Source of the DNA: Caldisericia bacterium
GTDB taxonomy: Bacteria > Caldisericota > Caldisericia > JAAYUI01
Direction: 5' to 3'
DNA length: 64,000 bases
Assembly (NCBI GenBank): GCA_040768585.1
Contig: JAXGMQ010000001.1
Span: forward strand, 2,059,224-2,123,223
A program made the translations under genes and the position numbers. Below the pieces are notes generated by a model. That model made no database searches and was not told the DNA's origin. It worked only from the letters and a program-made list of their open reading frames with translations. Each line of letters starts with the position of its first letter. Positions within the stretch are counted from its first letter, which is position 1. Below, piece by piece: positions 37,292 to 47,150 of the stretch.

Positions 37292-39479
37292 CCATTGTCC
37301 TCCTCAGAGAGTTGAGGTAGAGGTCTTTGAGTTCATCTATCGGGATGTCGAAGTTGCCAGAAACGGTGAATGTATTACCACCAACAACTCCGATTATTTC
37401 TGATTTGACGCCGTGCTTTGTTGCAAGCTCAACTACCCTTGCAACATCCTCCGGTTTCGCTGTTACAATCGCTCGGGCCGCTGACTCGGAAAAGAGCTTT
37501 GCTGTCAGATAGATGCCAGATGCCTTGAGGGATATCTGAGCACCAAGACCAGATTCGCAAACTGATTCAACGAGGGCGCCTGCGAGACCACCATCAGACA
37601 GGTCAGAGGCAGATGTGAACAGGCTATTCTCTGTTCCTTCCAGTAGTACCTTACCAAGGTTTATCTCTTCTTCAGGTCTGACCATTGGCGGTCGTCCAAA
37701 CGTCTTGCCATACATAACGTAGTAGAGCAGTGAACCACCAAATTCCTGCAGCGTCTCGCCGAGTTGGATGATGACATCTCCGTGGTTTGTAAAGTATGGT
37801 TTGTTGATCTTATCAACCTTGCCAACACCCACCATGACCGAAACCGGGGTTGGTTTGACAGAGCCTTGTGGACTTTCGTTATACAAACTCACGTTGCCAG
37901 AAATGACAGGAATACCCAGTGTCTTGAGCGCTTCAGACATTCCAAGCACACACTCTTTAATTTCGTAGTAAGCCTCTGGTTTGTTGGGGTTTCCGAAGTT
38001 CAAACAATCAGAGATTGCAATTGGTGTTGCGCCTGTTGCGAAGAGGTTTCTTGCCCCTTCGTAAATTGTGTGCGCTCCGCCGTGACGAGGATGAAGCCAA
38101 CAGTAGCGGGGTTTGGCGTCACTTGTGATTGCAACCGCCTTGTCTGTGTCCTTGATTCTGATGACACCAGGCCCAAGCGATGGCGCAACCATGGTGTTTG
38201 TAAGAAGAGTGGTATCGTACTGATGATACACCCACTCCTTCGAGCAACCGTTTGACGACGATGCGAATTGCTTGATAATCTTTGCAAAGTCCCAGGAAGG
38301 AAGTCTGAAGTCGGATGGTTCAGCCTGCCTTTTTTCGATGTCGGGGCGAGTAGAGGGGAGGTCATAGGTTGGCGCGCCATCGGTCAGGTGAGTAACAGGG
38401 ATATCACAAACAGTCTCGCCACCCTCAACAAGCTGAACGTTGCCAGAGTCTGTGACTTCTCCAATGACTGCTGAGTCCAAGTCCCATTTGTGAAGGATTT
38501 CGTGAATGCTCTCAACCCTGTCGGGCTTGCACATCAGAAGCATACGCTCCTGTGATTCAGAAAGCATGATTTCATATGCTGTCATGCCCTCAGCCCTTCG
38601 GGGGACGGAGTCCATGTTGAGGATGATTCCTCTGCCTGTTCTGCCACACATCTCAACAGAAGAGGATGTGAGACCGGCAGCGCCGAGGTCTTGTACTGCT
38701 TCAATGAGGTTCTTCTTGATCAACTCAAGTGTTGCTTCAATGAGGAGTTTTTCCAAGAATGGGTCACCAACTTGCACAGCAGAGCGTTTTTCCTCTGATT
38801 CGGAAGACAGCTCATCTGAGGCAAATGTTGCGCCGTGAATGCCGTCTTTGCCAGTTTTTGCGCCGATGATAATAACCACATCGCCTGGCTCTGATGCTCG
38901 TGCGTACTTTATCTCATCGTGACGGGCAAGCCCCAAGCAGAAGACATTGACAAGTGGATTGATTTTGTAGCTCTCATCAAAGTGAAGCTCACCGCCGAGG
39001 TTTGGCACGCCAACGCAGTTGCCATATCCGGCTATTCCCCTGACTACCCCATCGAGAAGTGATTTGGAGTGGGGATCGGTTGGCTCACCAAAGAACAGCG
39101 GGTCAAGGGTTGCTATTGGTCTTGCGCCCATAGTGAAGATGTCTCTGATGATACCGCCAACACCAGTGGCAGCACCTTGATAAGGCTCAATAGCGGAGGG
39201 GTGGTTGTGACTTTCGACCTTGAAGATAACAGCCAGTCCATCGCCAATGTCAACAGCGCCGGCATTCTCGCCAGGGCCCTGGATAACAGCAGGGCCTGTT
39301 GTCGGGAAGTTTTTCAAGAGAAGCTTAGAGGATTTGTAGGAACAGTGTTCAGACCACATTACCGAGAAGATCGCAAGCTCGATGAAGTTCGGAACTCTTC
39401 CCAGTCTTACTTTGATGTCTTCATATTCTTTCTCGGACAACCCAAACCCGAGGGCGTCAGAGAGTTTTCCATCTCTCAT
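37284..39479 (-). CDS. purL: Phosphoribosylformylglycinamidine synthase subunit II (purL).
   Basis: Duplicated PurM-like domains. 731 aa, typical of small-type PurL. Confidence 0.9.
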   Translation of the reverse strand: MRDGKLSDALGFGLSEKEYEDIKVRLGRVPNFIELAIFSVMWSEHCSYKSSKLLLKNFPTTGPAVIQGPGENAGAVDIGDGLAVIFKVESHNHPSAIEPYQGAATGVGGIIRDIFTMGARPIATLDPLFFGEPTDPHSKSLLDGVVRGIAGYGNCVGVPNLGGELHFDESYKINPLVNVFCLGLARHDEIKYARASEPGDVVIIIGAKTGKDGIHGATFASDELSSESEEKRSAVQVGDPFLEKLLIEATLELIKKNLIEAVQDLGAAGLTSSSVEMCGRTGRGIILNMDSVPRRAEGMTAYEIMLSESQERMLLMCKPDRVESIHEILHKWDLDSAVIGEVTDSGNVQLVEGGETVCDIPVTHLTDGAPTYDLPSTRPDIEKRQAEPSDFRLPSWDFAKIIKQFASSSNGCSKEWVYHQYDTTLLTNTMVAPSLGPGVIRIKDTDKAVAITSDAKPRYCWLHPRHGGAHTIYEGARNLFATGATPIAISDCLNFGNPNKPEAYYEIKECVLGMSEALKTLGIPVISGNVSLYNESPQGSVKPTPVSVMVGVGKVDKINKPYFTNHGDVIIQLGETLQEFGGSLLYYVMYGKTFGRPPMVRPEEEINLGKVLLEGTENSLFTSASDLSDGGLAGALVESVCESGLGAQISLKASGIYLTAKLFSESAARAIVTAKPEDVARVVELATKHGVKSEIIGVVGGNTFTVSGNFDIPIDELKDLYLNSLRRTMDG

Positions 39480-39524
39480 ACCATCCCCTTCTTAAAAAGT
39501 TTCGCTTTTTAAAACGGCACTTGA

Positions 39525-40745
39525 CTAATGTTGGTTGGAGGCAGGAGCAGCCTGTTTGACTATTTTCTTAGTATCACGCGCGATAACGAGTTCTTCGTTT
39601 GTTGGGATAACGAGTACAGGAATCTTTGCCTTTGAGGAGCTGATGTCTCTTGCATCCTTGCTCCTAATTATATTCTTTTCGTAGTCAAGTTCAATTCCCA
39701 GGAAACTGAGGGTTTCACAAACTTTGCCTCTTGTATGTTCGGAGTTCTCGCCAATTCCTGCTGTGAAGACGAGTGCGTCGATGCCACCCATGATGGCTGC
39801 ATATGCGCCGATGTATTTGGTGATTCTTCTTGCCATGATGTTGAATGCGAGTGTTTCTTTGCGTTTTCCGGCAATCATACCCTCATCGACATCCCTTGAG
39901 TCGTGGGAACCACAGATTCCATGGAGTCCACTTTTTTTGTTGAGAAGCTTATCAACACCGTCGATATCAAGGTTTTCTTTCTCCATTATAAATTTGATGA
40001 GTGCCGGGTCTATGTCACCGCATCGAGTACCCATCACAAGTCCCTCGAGTGGAGTCATACCCATTGAGGTATCGACAGATTTTCCCCTGTCGACAGCACA
40101 CACTGAGCACCCGTTTCCAAGATGGCAGGTGACAATCTTGAGTGATTCAATCGGCTTTTTGAGGAATGTAGCCGCTTCATTGGCGACAAAATAGTGAGAT
40201 GTTCCGTGGAATCCATATCGTCTGATACGATGCTTCTCATAGAGTTCGTATGGAATAGCGTAGATGTAGGCTTCCTCTGGCATGGTCTGATGGAAGGCTG
40301 TGTCAAATACTCCGCATTGGGGGACATTTGGAAGAAGTTTCTGGAATGCAGCTATTCCGCCAAGGTTTGGTGGGTTGTGAAGAGGTGCAAGTGGAATGCA
40401 CTCTTTCATCTTGTCGATAACTTCCTGTGTCAGAAGTTGTGAACCTGAGAATGTCTCAGCACCGTGAACAACTCTGTGACCAACTGCGTTGATTTCGTTT
40501 ACATTCTTGATGACGCCTTTTTCTGGGTGAGTGATGGTGTCAAGGATTATCTGAATGCCCGTTTCGTAGTCTTTAATGGGTGTTATCTGTTTTTCTTTAT
40601 CGCAACCAGTTTTGGTGTAGTTGGCGATGGCATCCTCAAAACCGATGCGCTCCAGCAGTCCATTGCAAAGCTCATGCTCATTGTCCATGTCATAAAGTTT
40701 GTACTTGATTGACGACGAACCGCAGTTGATAACCAGTACTTTCAA
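39525..40745 (-). CDS. ackA: Acetate kinase.
   Basis: MKVLVINCGSSSIKYKLYDM N-terminus and ASKHP-fold motifs. Confidence 0.9.
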   Translation of the reverse strand: MKVLVINCGSSSIKYKLYDMDNEHELCNGLLERIGFEDAIANYTKTGCDKEKQITPIKDYETGIQIILDTITHPEKGVIKNVNEINAVGHRVVHGAETFSGSQLLTQEVIDKMKECIPLAPLHNPPNLGGIAAFQKLLPNVPQCGVFDTAFHQTMPEEAYIYAIPYELYEKHRIRRYGFHGTSHYFVANEAATFLKKPIESLKIVTCHLGNGCSVCAVDRGKSVDTSMGMTPLEGLVMGTRCGDIDPALIKFIMEKENLDIDGVDKLLNKKSGLHGICGSHDSRDVDEGMIAGKRKETLAFNIMARRITKYIGAYAAIMGGIDALVFTAGIGENSEHTRGKVCETLSFLGIELDYEKNIIRSKDARDISSSKAKIPVLVIPTNEELVIARDTKKIVKQAAPASNQH

Positions 40746-40914
40746 GGAAACCTCCTGTTTAACACAAGAAATGGTATGTCTGTCTATGTATTTTGACTTA
40801 CACAGAGTCAGTATAGGTTCGACATATGGTCATTCAAGGTAGCAAACGTTGATGACTCCAGGTCGAGATTTGATGAAATTATGAAGAAAATATGATTCTT
40901 GGTGTCAGTAGCAC

Positions 40915-41475
40915 CTAGGAAATATTGCTATCTTCCGACTTAGGCAGGAGTTTGTCCAGAGTAAACGCTGTGATGAAGAGAACAACGCCCAATCCGATGT
41001 CTTTAAGAAGAAATGCAAATCCCCAGGAGGTCATTATTCCCCAGAAGGTGAGGATAGTCTCCCCGATTGTTATTGACCAAACCAGCATCCAAGCTATTCC
41101 TATTGCATATGACACAACAATTGAAAGAAGTATTGCTAATATCCTTCTCCACCAAAGGTTGTTCCAAAATACTGCCGCAACATATGAGGTTGCTGGAAAA
41201 CTCATAATGAAACCCATCGACGGTTGTGCAAAGTAACCTATTCCACCACCGGATGTAAAAATGGGAAGACCAGCGAGACCAAGAAACATATACGCAACCA
41301 TCGAAAGAGGTCCAATTTTTGGGCCTAAAACAATTCCAGATATGACAGCAACAATCAATTGGAAAGTAATCGATATAATACCAGTGTCAATCTTGACCCA
41401 TGCTGCAACTGACATTAGGGCAATAAACATACCACCAAGCGCAATATTCCTGGCTGAATAATCATTTCCTGTCAT
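40915..41475 (-). CDS. bioY: BioY-family biotin transporter S-component.
   Basis: BioY signature region (QLIVAVISGIVLGPKIGPLSMVAYMFLGLAGLPIFTSGGGIGY). 186 aa with five transmembrane segments. Confidence 0.8.
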   Translation of the reverse strand: MTGNDYSARNIALGGMFIALMSVAAWVKIDTGIISITFQLIVAVISGIVLGPKIGPLSMVAYMFLGLAGLPIFTSGGGIGYFAQPSMGFIMSFPATSYVAAVFWNNLWWRRILAILLSIVVSYAIGIAWMLVWSITIGETILTFWGIMTSWGFAFLLKDIGLGVVLFITAFTLDKLLPKSEDSNIS

Positions 41476-41478
41476 ATT

Positions 41479-42591
41479 CTAGAACAGTATCCTTTCGAAG
41501 ATGGTGTTCGCAGTGAGAATCATCCTTCGTGGTATAAGATACCTACCATTAAAAAAAGTTAACAGGTTTTCAGACAGAAGTGACTCGAGTTTGGATTTTA
41601 CAGCATTTGCAGCCTCAAGAGAATTCCGGGATTCAAAAGCTTTGATATCGAGTCCCTCACTCAGCATTCGTAATCCCAGCATCGCCTCATCTTTTGCCTT
41701 TGAAAATTCATCAAGCTCTTCTTCAACAATTTGCTGCTCTGTCGGTTTTTCTATGTAGGAATCAATGTCAGGCTTGTTTTTTATCCTCTTGGAGTCGAAG
41801 TACGATGACGCTCCAGCTCCAAGCCCGATGTATTCATGCCCCCTCCAACAGTTGAGATTGTGAATCGGCTCTTGTCCAGGTTTTGAGAAGTTGGAGATTT
41901 CAACGTGTACAAATCCATTTGATTCAAGCAAATCCTTGACCTTGCAATATGCGTCGACCTGGTAGTCTGTCGATGGAAGATTACGTGGAATGTTGTTTGC
42001 CAGTGGTGTCCCTTCTTCAACAGACAGGCAATACACCGATAGTTGACCAACGTCTAGATTGAGCAGTCCTGAAATGGTTTCGTGCAAACTGTCCCAATCC
42101 TGTCCCGGCAAACCAATCATTACGTCGGCTGATATCCTTTTAAAACCGACTTCTTTTGCCAGTTTGATGGCACCGATTGCCTGCTTGCTGTTATGGAGTC
42201 TGCCAACCGAGGCGAGTTCGTAATCAGAGAGTGATTGAACGCCAATAGAGATTCTATCAATGCCAGATCCTAGTGCCGACTCAAGAAATCCTGGTGTTGC
42301 TGAATCAGGGTTGGTCTCAACTGTTATCTCGACCAAACCAGAGAAATCAAAGATATCAGAGAGTGGCGTGACAAGCCCCTCTATGTGGTTTCCAAGCAGA
42401 CTCGGTGTGCCTCCGCCAATATAGAGTGTATCAATCTCTTCACCTTTGTATGACGACGCTTCAACCAGAAGGGCGTTAACATAATCTGGGATTATGTTCT
42501 CACGAGAAACAACGGAGAAGAAATCGCAGTAATCGCACTTCCTGCGGCAGAATGGGACATGGATGTATAACCCCTTTTTGCTACTTCTCAT
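41479..42591 (-). CDS. hemW: Radical-SAM heme chaperone HemW (oxygen-independent coproporphyrinogen-III oxidase-like).
   Basis: CxxxCxxC radical-SAM motif (VPFCRRKCDYCDF). HemN/HemW family length of 370 aa. Its position next to lepA matches the Firmicutes lepA–hemN pairing. Confidence 0.8.
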   Translation of the reverse strand: MRSSKKGLYIHVPFCRRKCDYCDFFSVVSRENIIPDYVNALLVEASSYKGEEIDTLYIGGGTPSLLGNHIEGLVTPLSDIFDFSGLVEITVETNPDSATPGFLESALGSGIDRISIGVQSLSDYELASVGRLHNSKQAIGAIKLAKEVGFKRISADVMIGLPGQDWDSLHETISGLLNLDVGQLSVYCLSVEEGTPLANNIPRNLPSTDYQVDAYCKVKDLLESNGFVHVEISNFSKPGQEPIHNLNCWRGHEYIGLGAGASSYFDSKRIKNKPDIDSYIEKPTEQQIVEEELDEFSKAKDEAMLGLRMLSEGLDIKAFESRNSLEAANAVKSKLESLLSENLLTFFNGRYLIPRRMILTANTIFERILF

Positions 42592-44392
42592 CCTCCGCTA
42601 CCTTTAGGAGTGAAAGGAACGCTTCTTGTGGAATCTCAACAGAACCCACCATCTTCATTCGCTTCTTTCCTTCCTTTTGCTTCTCGAGCAGTTTTTTCTT
42701 TCTGGTTACGTCACCGCCATAGCATTTGGCCAGGACGTCCTTCCTGACGGGGGCAATGTCCTCTCTGGCGATGATTTTGCCGTTGATTGAGCCCTGGAGC
42801 GGCACCTTGAACTGTTGCCTTGGTATGAGTTTTAGGAGTCTGTGGACGAGTTTTCTCGCTTTTGTCACAGCGCTGTCCCTATCGCTTATATATGAGAGAG
42901 CGTCAACCTGATCGCCATTTACCAAAATGTCCACTTTAACGAGGTCGCCTTTGACAAATCCTTTGAAGTCGTAGTCAAGGCTGGCATATCCCCTGCTGAC
43001 CGTTTTAAGTTTGTCATAGAAGTCGATGATGAGTTCGGCAAGAGGAATGTCATAGACGAGCACAGTGCGTTTTGGATCTGGATACTCCATCTCAACGAGA
43101 GAGCCACGTTTTTGGTTAGAAAGTTCCATACAGGGGCCAACAAAGTCTGGTGGAACGATTATTCTCGCTCTGACAATCGGTTCCTCAATGTAGTCAATTT
43201 CTTGGATGGTCGGAAACTTTGACGGGTTGTCGAGTGTCAGTATCTCTTTGTTTGTCTTTGCGACTTTGTAAATAACCGATGGCATGGTTGCTATGATTTC
43301 CTGCTCAAATTCACGTTTTAGCCGCTCAAGGCTTATCTCCATGTGGAGCATACCCAAGAAACCAATCCTGAAGCCATGCCCAAGAGCAGCTGATGACTCT
43401 TTCTCGAAAACAATCGATGAGTCATTGAGTTGGAATTTATTGAGAGCCTTGAGGAGCTTGTCGTAGTCGTTTGTGAGAATAGGGTAAATTCCGCAGAAAA
43501 CCATCGGTTTCATTCGTTTGAAACCGGGAATTGCCTCGGTGTTCTTGTGATCCTTTGAAATGATTGTATCACCAACGTGGATGTCACCTACATCTCGGAT
43601 GACAGCAGCGATGTAACCAACCTCACCGGCTGCGAGATTGTCCGCTCTCTCCATCCTGATGCCAAAGTATCCCACCTCTTCAACCTCGAAGGTTTTTCCG
43701 GTGGATTTGATCATGATGATGTCACCAGCTTTGACAGAACCCGCAAACACTCTGATGTGGCTGATTACGCCTCTGTATGTGTCATAGTGTGAATCAAAAA
43801 TCAGACACTGGAGTGGTTTGTCATCAGCAGGTTTTGGAGGAGGGATAAGCTCGATTAGCTGTTCCAGCAATTCCTCGACGCCCTCACCGCTCTTGGCGGA
43901 GACCAGAAGAGCGTTCTCAGCGGAAATGCCCAACATATCCTCGATTTGCATCTTAGTCTCATCAACCATAGCGTGAGGGAGGTCGATCTTGTTGATGACT
44001 GGGATTATCTCAAGGTTAGCGTCAATGGCAAGGTAGGCATTTGCAAGCGTTTGAGCTTCAACTCCCTGCGTGGCATCCACTAGCAGAAGCGCACCCTCGC
44101 AGGCGTAGAGCGACCTTGAAACTTCGTAGTTAAAGTCAACGTGACCGGGGGTGTCAATCAGGTTGAAGATGTATTTCTCTCCAGACTTGGATGTGTATGG
44201 AATCCTAACGGGACTCGCCTTGATGGTGATTCCACGCTCTTTTTCCAAATCCATAGAGTCAAGAAGTTGCTCGTTGTTCTTGGTGTGAACAACATCGGTC
44301 ATCTCCAAAATCCTGTCGGCAAGGGTAGACTTGCCGTGGTCAATGTGAGCTATGATGCAGAAATTACGTATTTTTTCCATGTTTTCTGGCAA
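42581..44392 (-). CDS. lepA: Elongation factor 4 (LepA).
   Basis: IRNFCIIAHIDHGKSTLADR G1 motif and LepA C-terminal domain. 603 aa. Confidence 0.95.
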   Translation of the reverse strand: MPENMEKIRNFCIIAHIDHGKSTLADRILEMTDVVHTKNNEQLLDSMDLEKERGITIKASPVRIPYTSKSGEKYIFNLIDTPGHVDFNYEVSRSLYACEGALLLVDATQGVEAQTLANAYLAIDANLEIIPVINKIDLPHAMVDETKMQIEDMLGISAENALLVSAKSGEGVEELLEQLIELIPPPKPADDKPLQCLIFDSHYDTYRGVISHIRVFAGSVKAGDIIMIKSTGKTFEVEEVGYFGIRMERADNLAAGEVGYIAAVIRDVGDIHVGDTIISKDHKNTEAIPGFKRMKPMVFCGIYPILTNDYDKLLKALNKFQLNDSSIVFEKESSAALGHGFRIGFLGMLHMEISLERLKREFEQEIIATMPSVIYKVAKTNKEILTLDNPSKFPTIQEIDYIEEPIVRARIIVPPDFVGPCMELSNQKRGSLVEMEYPDPKRTVLVYDIPLAELIIDFYDKLKTVSRGYASLDYDFKGFVKGDLVKVDILVNGDQVDALSYISDRDSAVTKARKLVHRLLKLIPRQQFKVPLQGSINGKIIAREDIAPVRKDVLAKCYGGDVTRKKKLLEKQKEGKKRMKMVGSVEIPQEAFLSLLKVAEDEK

Positions 44393-44468
44393 AATGTAGC
44401 ATATGCAAGGAGCCCGGTCAACAAGAACTCCTTGACAGGTAACAAGCTAACACATATATACGAGAAAC

Positions 44469-47150
44469 ATGCCAAATAGACTAATCATCACAGAGAAACC
44501 ATCTGTGGCTCGCGATATTGCAAGCGCATTGGGTGGTTTCAAAGAAAAAGACAGCTACTTCGAATCATCAGATTCACTAATAACATGGGCCGTTGGTCAT
44601 CTTGTCACTCTTGCTGAACCAGAGGATTATGACAAAGGATACAAATTCTGGACTCTTCAGTCACTTCCGATCATTCCAAAAGAGTTTGTTCTCAAGCCCA
44701 TCAAGGGTGCGAAAGATAGGCTTAAGACGATAGGTCAACTTGCCAAGAAAAAAGAAGTAACTGAGTTGATCAACGCCTGTGATGCTGGTCGAGAGGGCGA
44801 GTTGATCTTCAGATACATCTACGAGTACCTGGGATTGAGCAAGGACTTCAAAAGGTTGTGGCTTCAATCTATGACCTCAGGGGCAATTATTGAGAGCTTC
44901 AAGAAGCTCAAAAACCATGAGGAAGTTGACAATCTTGCCGATGCGGCCAAGGCTCGTTCAAGGTCAGACTGGCTCATTGGAATCAACGCAACAAGAGCTT
45001 TCACGAGGAGATTCGGTACACTTCTTTCAATCGGCAGAGTTCAGACTCCCACACTTGGCATATTGGTTGACAGAGAAAAGAGAATTCTTGAGTTTGACCC
45101 ACAGACCTACTATGAGATATCCGCTCAGTTTGCAGCAAAAGACGGCGATTATGAGGGAAAGTGGTTTATCGATGTGCCAAAGATTTCAAAGGCAAAGAAA
45201 CCACCCCTTGCAGGCGACGATATAAAAAACGCCCTTGAGCTTGAATGCCCTAAGGCAGCAACAGACGCCTGGGATTTTGCAGGAGATGTCTATCAAGGGG
45301 ACAGACTTGAGAAGTTGTCATCAAAGGAGATAGCTCAGAGCATTGTCGATACCGTCACAGGTAAAACTGGTAAGGTCACTAAAGAGGAACATAAGACCTC
45401 AGTCCAGAAGCCGCCACTGCTTTTTGATCTTAACGAACTTCAGAGGGAAGCAAACAGAAGATTTGGAATCAGAGCATCACAAACCCTCAAGCTAGCCCAG
45501 ACACTCTACGAAGAGAAGAAACTCATAACCTACCCAAGGACAGATAGCAAATTCCTGCCCGAAGACTACGTTGATGTCGTGCCAGAGATACTGGAGAAGT
45601 TTGATGACACGATCTATGGCGTTCATACAAAGCAACTGCTTAAGAGTGGAATTGAAAAGAATCCCAGGATATTTGACAGCAGCAAAATTTCAGATCACTT
45701 TGCCATTATTCCAACGGCTGTCTCTCCAGAGACGGTGTCGCTGTCCGAACCTCAGAAGAAAATTTATGATTTAATCGTAAGACGCTTTATCTCGGTGTTT
45801 TTCCCGAATGCCGTGTGGAACGTTATCAATAGAGTGACAACCGTTGAGGGTCATACCTTCAGAACTGACGCGAAGACACTCCTTGAGCCCGGATTCCTTG
45901 AGGTTCTTGGTAGAAAGGCAGATGAAGAGGAGACACTACCTGCTGTTAAACTTGGCGAGAGTGTGCCTTGCGAGAATGCTGATTTTTCAGAAAAGGAAAC
46001 AAAACCGCCACCACGTTACAACGATGCGACACTCCTCGGTGCCATGGAAGGTGCTGGCAAGTTTGTCGATGATGAGGAGATGCGCGAGATAATGAAGGGT
46101 AAAGGTCTCGGCACCCCAGCAACAAGAGCGTCAATCATTGAGAGATTGATTGATGTTGGATATGTTGATCGTTCTGGTAAAGATCTTGTTCCGTCAGGGA
46201 AGGGAATCCAGCTCTATGATACTCTGCTGTCCTTCCCACTACCAGAACTTATATCGCCTGAGATGACAGGAGAGTGGGAGAGCAAACTCACAAAGGTTGA
46301 GGACGGTAAACTCAAAAGCGAGACATTCATGAAAAATATTGAAGAGTTCACAATTGATGTCGTCTCCAGGGTGAAAGAGAGGAATTCTGTGTCAGCTTCA
46401 AATGGTGACAAGGAAACTGAACCAGTCGGGAAATGCCCAATCTGTGGTGGTGACATTATTGAGAACTTCAGAGCCTTTGGTTGTTCGAACTACAAGGGCA
46501 AGAAGAAACGAAAAAAAGACGAAGAGGATGATTCCCAGGCGGATGAGGGTTGCAAATTCGCAATCTGGAAAACAATTGCCGGTAAATACATAACAGAACA
46601 GCTTGCAAGAGAACTTCTGGAAAAGAGAAAGATTGGCCCTCTCTCAGGTTTCAGGAGCAAGGCAGGTCGACCATTTGTTGCAACTTTGATACTTGAGGAT
46701 GATGGTAAAATCTCCTTCGAGTTTGATAACTCAGGTGCGCCTGTTGAGGAAGAGGTTGAGGTAGAAATCAATCCGGAACCAATCGGCAAATGTCCTGTTT
46801 GCAAGGGCGAAGTTATTGAGACAAAAAGCGCATACAGGTGTACAGGATACGGAAAGTCTTGCAAACTTTCGGTTGGCAGGGTAATTTTACAAAAGGGTAT
46901 AACAAGGGATGATGTCAGTCACATGCTTGAAACCGGAAAAACTGAGAAGATTGACGGTTTTATAAGCAGAAAAGGCAGGCCATTTTCGGCATTCCTTGTC
47001 CTAGCTGACGATGGAAAGGTAGGTTTTGAGTTTGAACCAAGGAAACCACGAGCAGGAGCTCAAAAATCTTCAACAAAAAAGGGAACAACCAGGAAAACAA
47101 CTACCAGAAAAACAACAAAGGCGAAGGGAACAAAGAAAGAAAGCGCTTGA
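44469..47150 (+). CDS. topB: Type IA DNA topoisomerase (topoisomerase III-like) with two C-terminal Zn-ribbon-plus-duplicated modules and a lysine-rich tail.
   Basis: Toprim N-terminus (RLIITEKPSVARDIA ... WAVGHLVTL). Two CxxC...C Zn-ribbons (GKCPICGG..., GKCPVCKGE...), each followed by a repeated KGRPF..L.L.DDGK..FEF module. Confidence 0.8.
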   Translation: MPNRLIITEKPSVARDIASALGGFKEKDSYFESSDSLITWAVGHLVTLAEPEDYDKGYKFWTLQSLPIIPKEFVLKPIKGAKDRLKTIGQLAKKKEVTELINACDAGREGELIFRYIYEYLGLSKDFKRLWLQSMTSGAIIESFKKLKNHEEVDNLADAAKARSRSDWLIGINATRAFTRRFGTLLSIGRVQTPTLGILVDREKRILEFDPQTYYEISAQFAAKDGDYEGKWFIDVPKISKAKKPPLAGDDIKNALELECPKAATDAWDFAGDVYQGDRLEKLSSKEIAQSIVDTVTGKTGKVTKEEHKTSVQKPPLLFDLNELQREANRRFGIRASQTLKLAQTLYEEKKLITYPRTDSKFLPEDYVDVVPEILEKFDDTIYGVHTKQLLKSGIEKNPRIFDSSKISDHFAIIPTAVSPETVSLSEPQKKIYDLIVRRFISVFFPNAVWNVINRVTTVEGHTFRTDAKTLLEPGFLEVLGRKADEEETLPAVKLGESVPCENADFSEKETKPPPRYNDATLLGAMEGAGKFVDDEEMREIMKGKGLGTPATRASIIERLIDVGYVDRSGKDLVPSGKGIQLYDTLLSFPLPELISPEMTGEWESKLTKVEDGKLKSETFMKNIEEFTIDVVSRVKERNSVSASNGDKETEPVGKCPICGGDIIENFRAFGCSNYKGKKKRKKDEEDDSQADEGCKFAIWKTIAGKYITEQLARELLEKRKIGPLSGFRSKAGRPFVATLILEDDGKISFEFDNSGAPVEEEVEVEINPEPIGKCPVCKGEVIETKSAYRCTGYGKSCKLSVGRVILQKGITRDDVSHMLETGKTEKIDGFISRKGRPFSAFLVLADDGKVGFEFEPRKPRAGAQKSSTKKGTTRKTTTRKTTKAKGTKKESA

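Noticed and set aside
40780-40830. Promoter-like TTGACT...TATAGG on the plus strand between ackA and bioY.
   Set aside because: The spacer is only about 13 nt, and no plus-strand gene lies downstream because both neighbours are on the minus strand. Probably a chance match.
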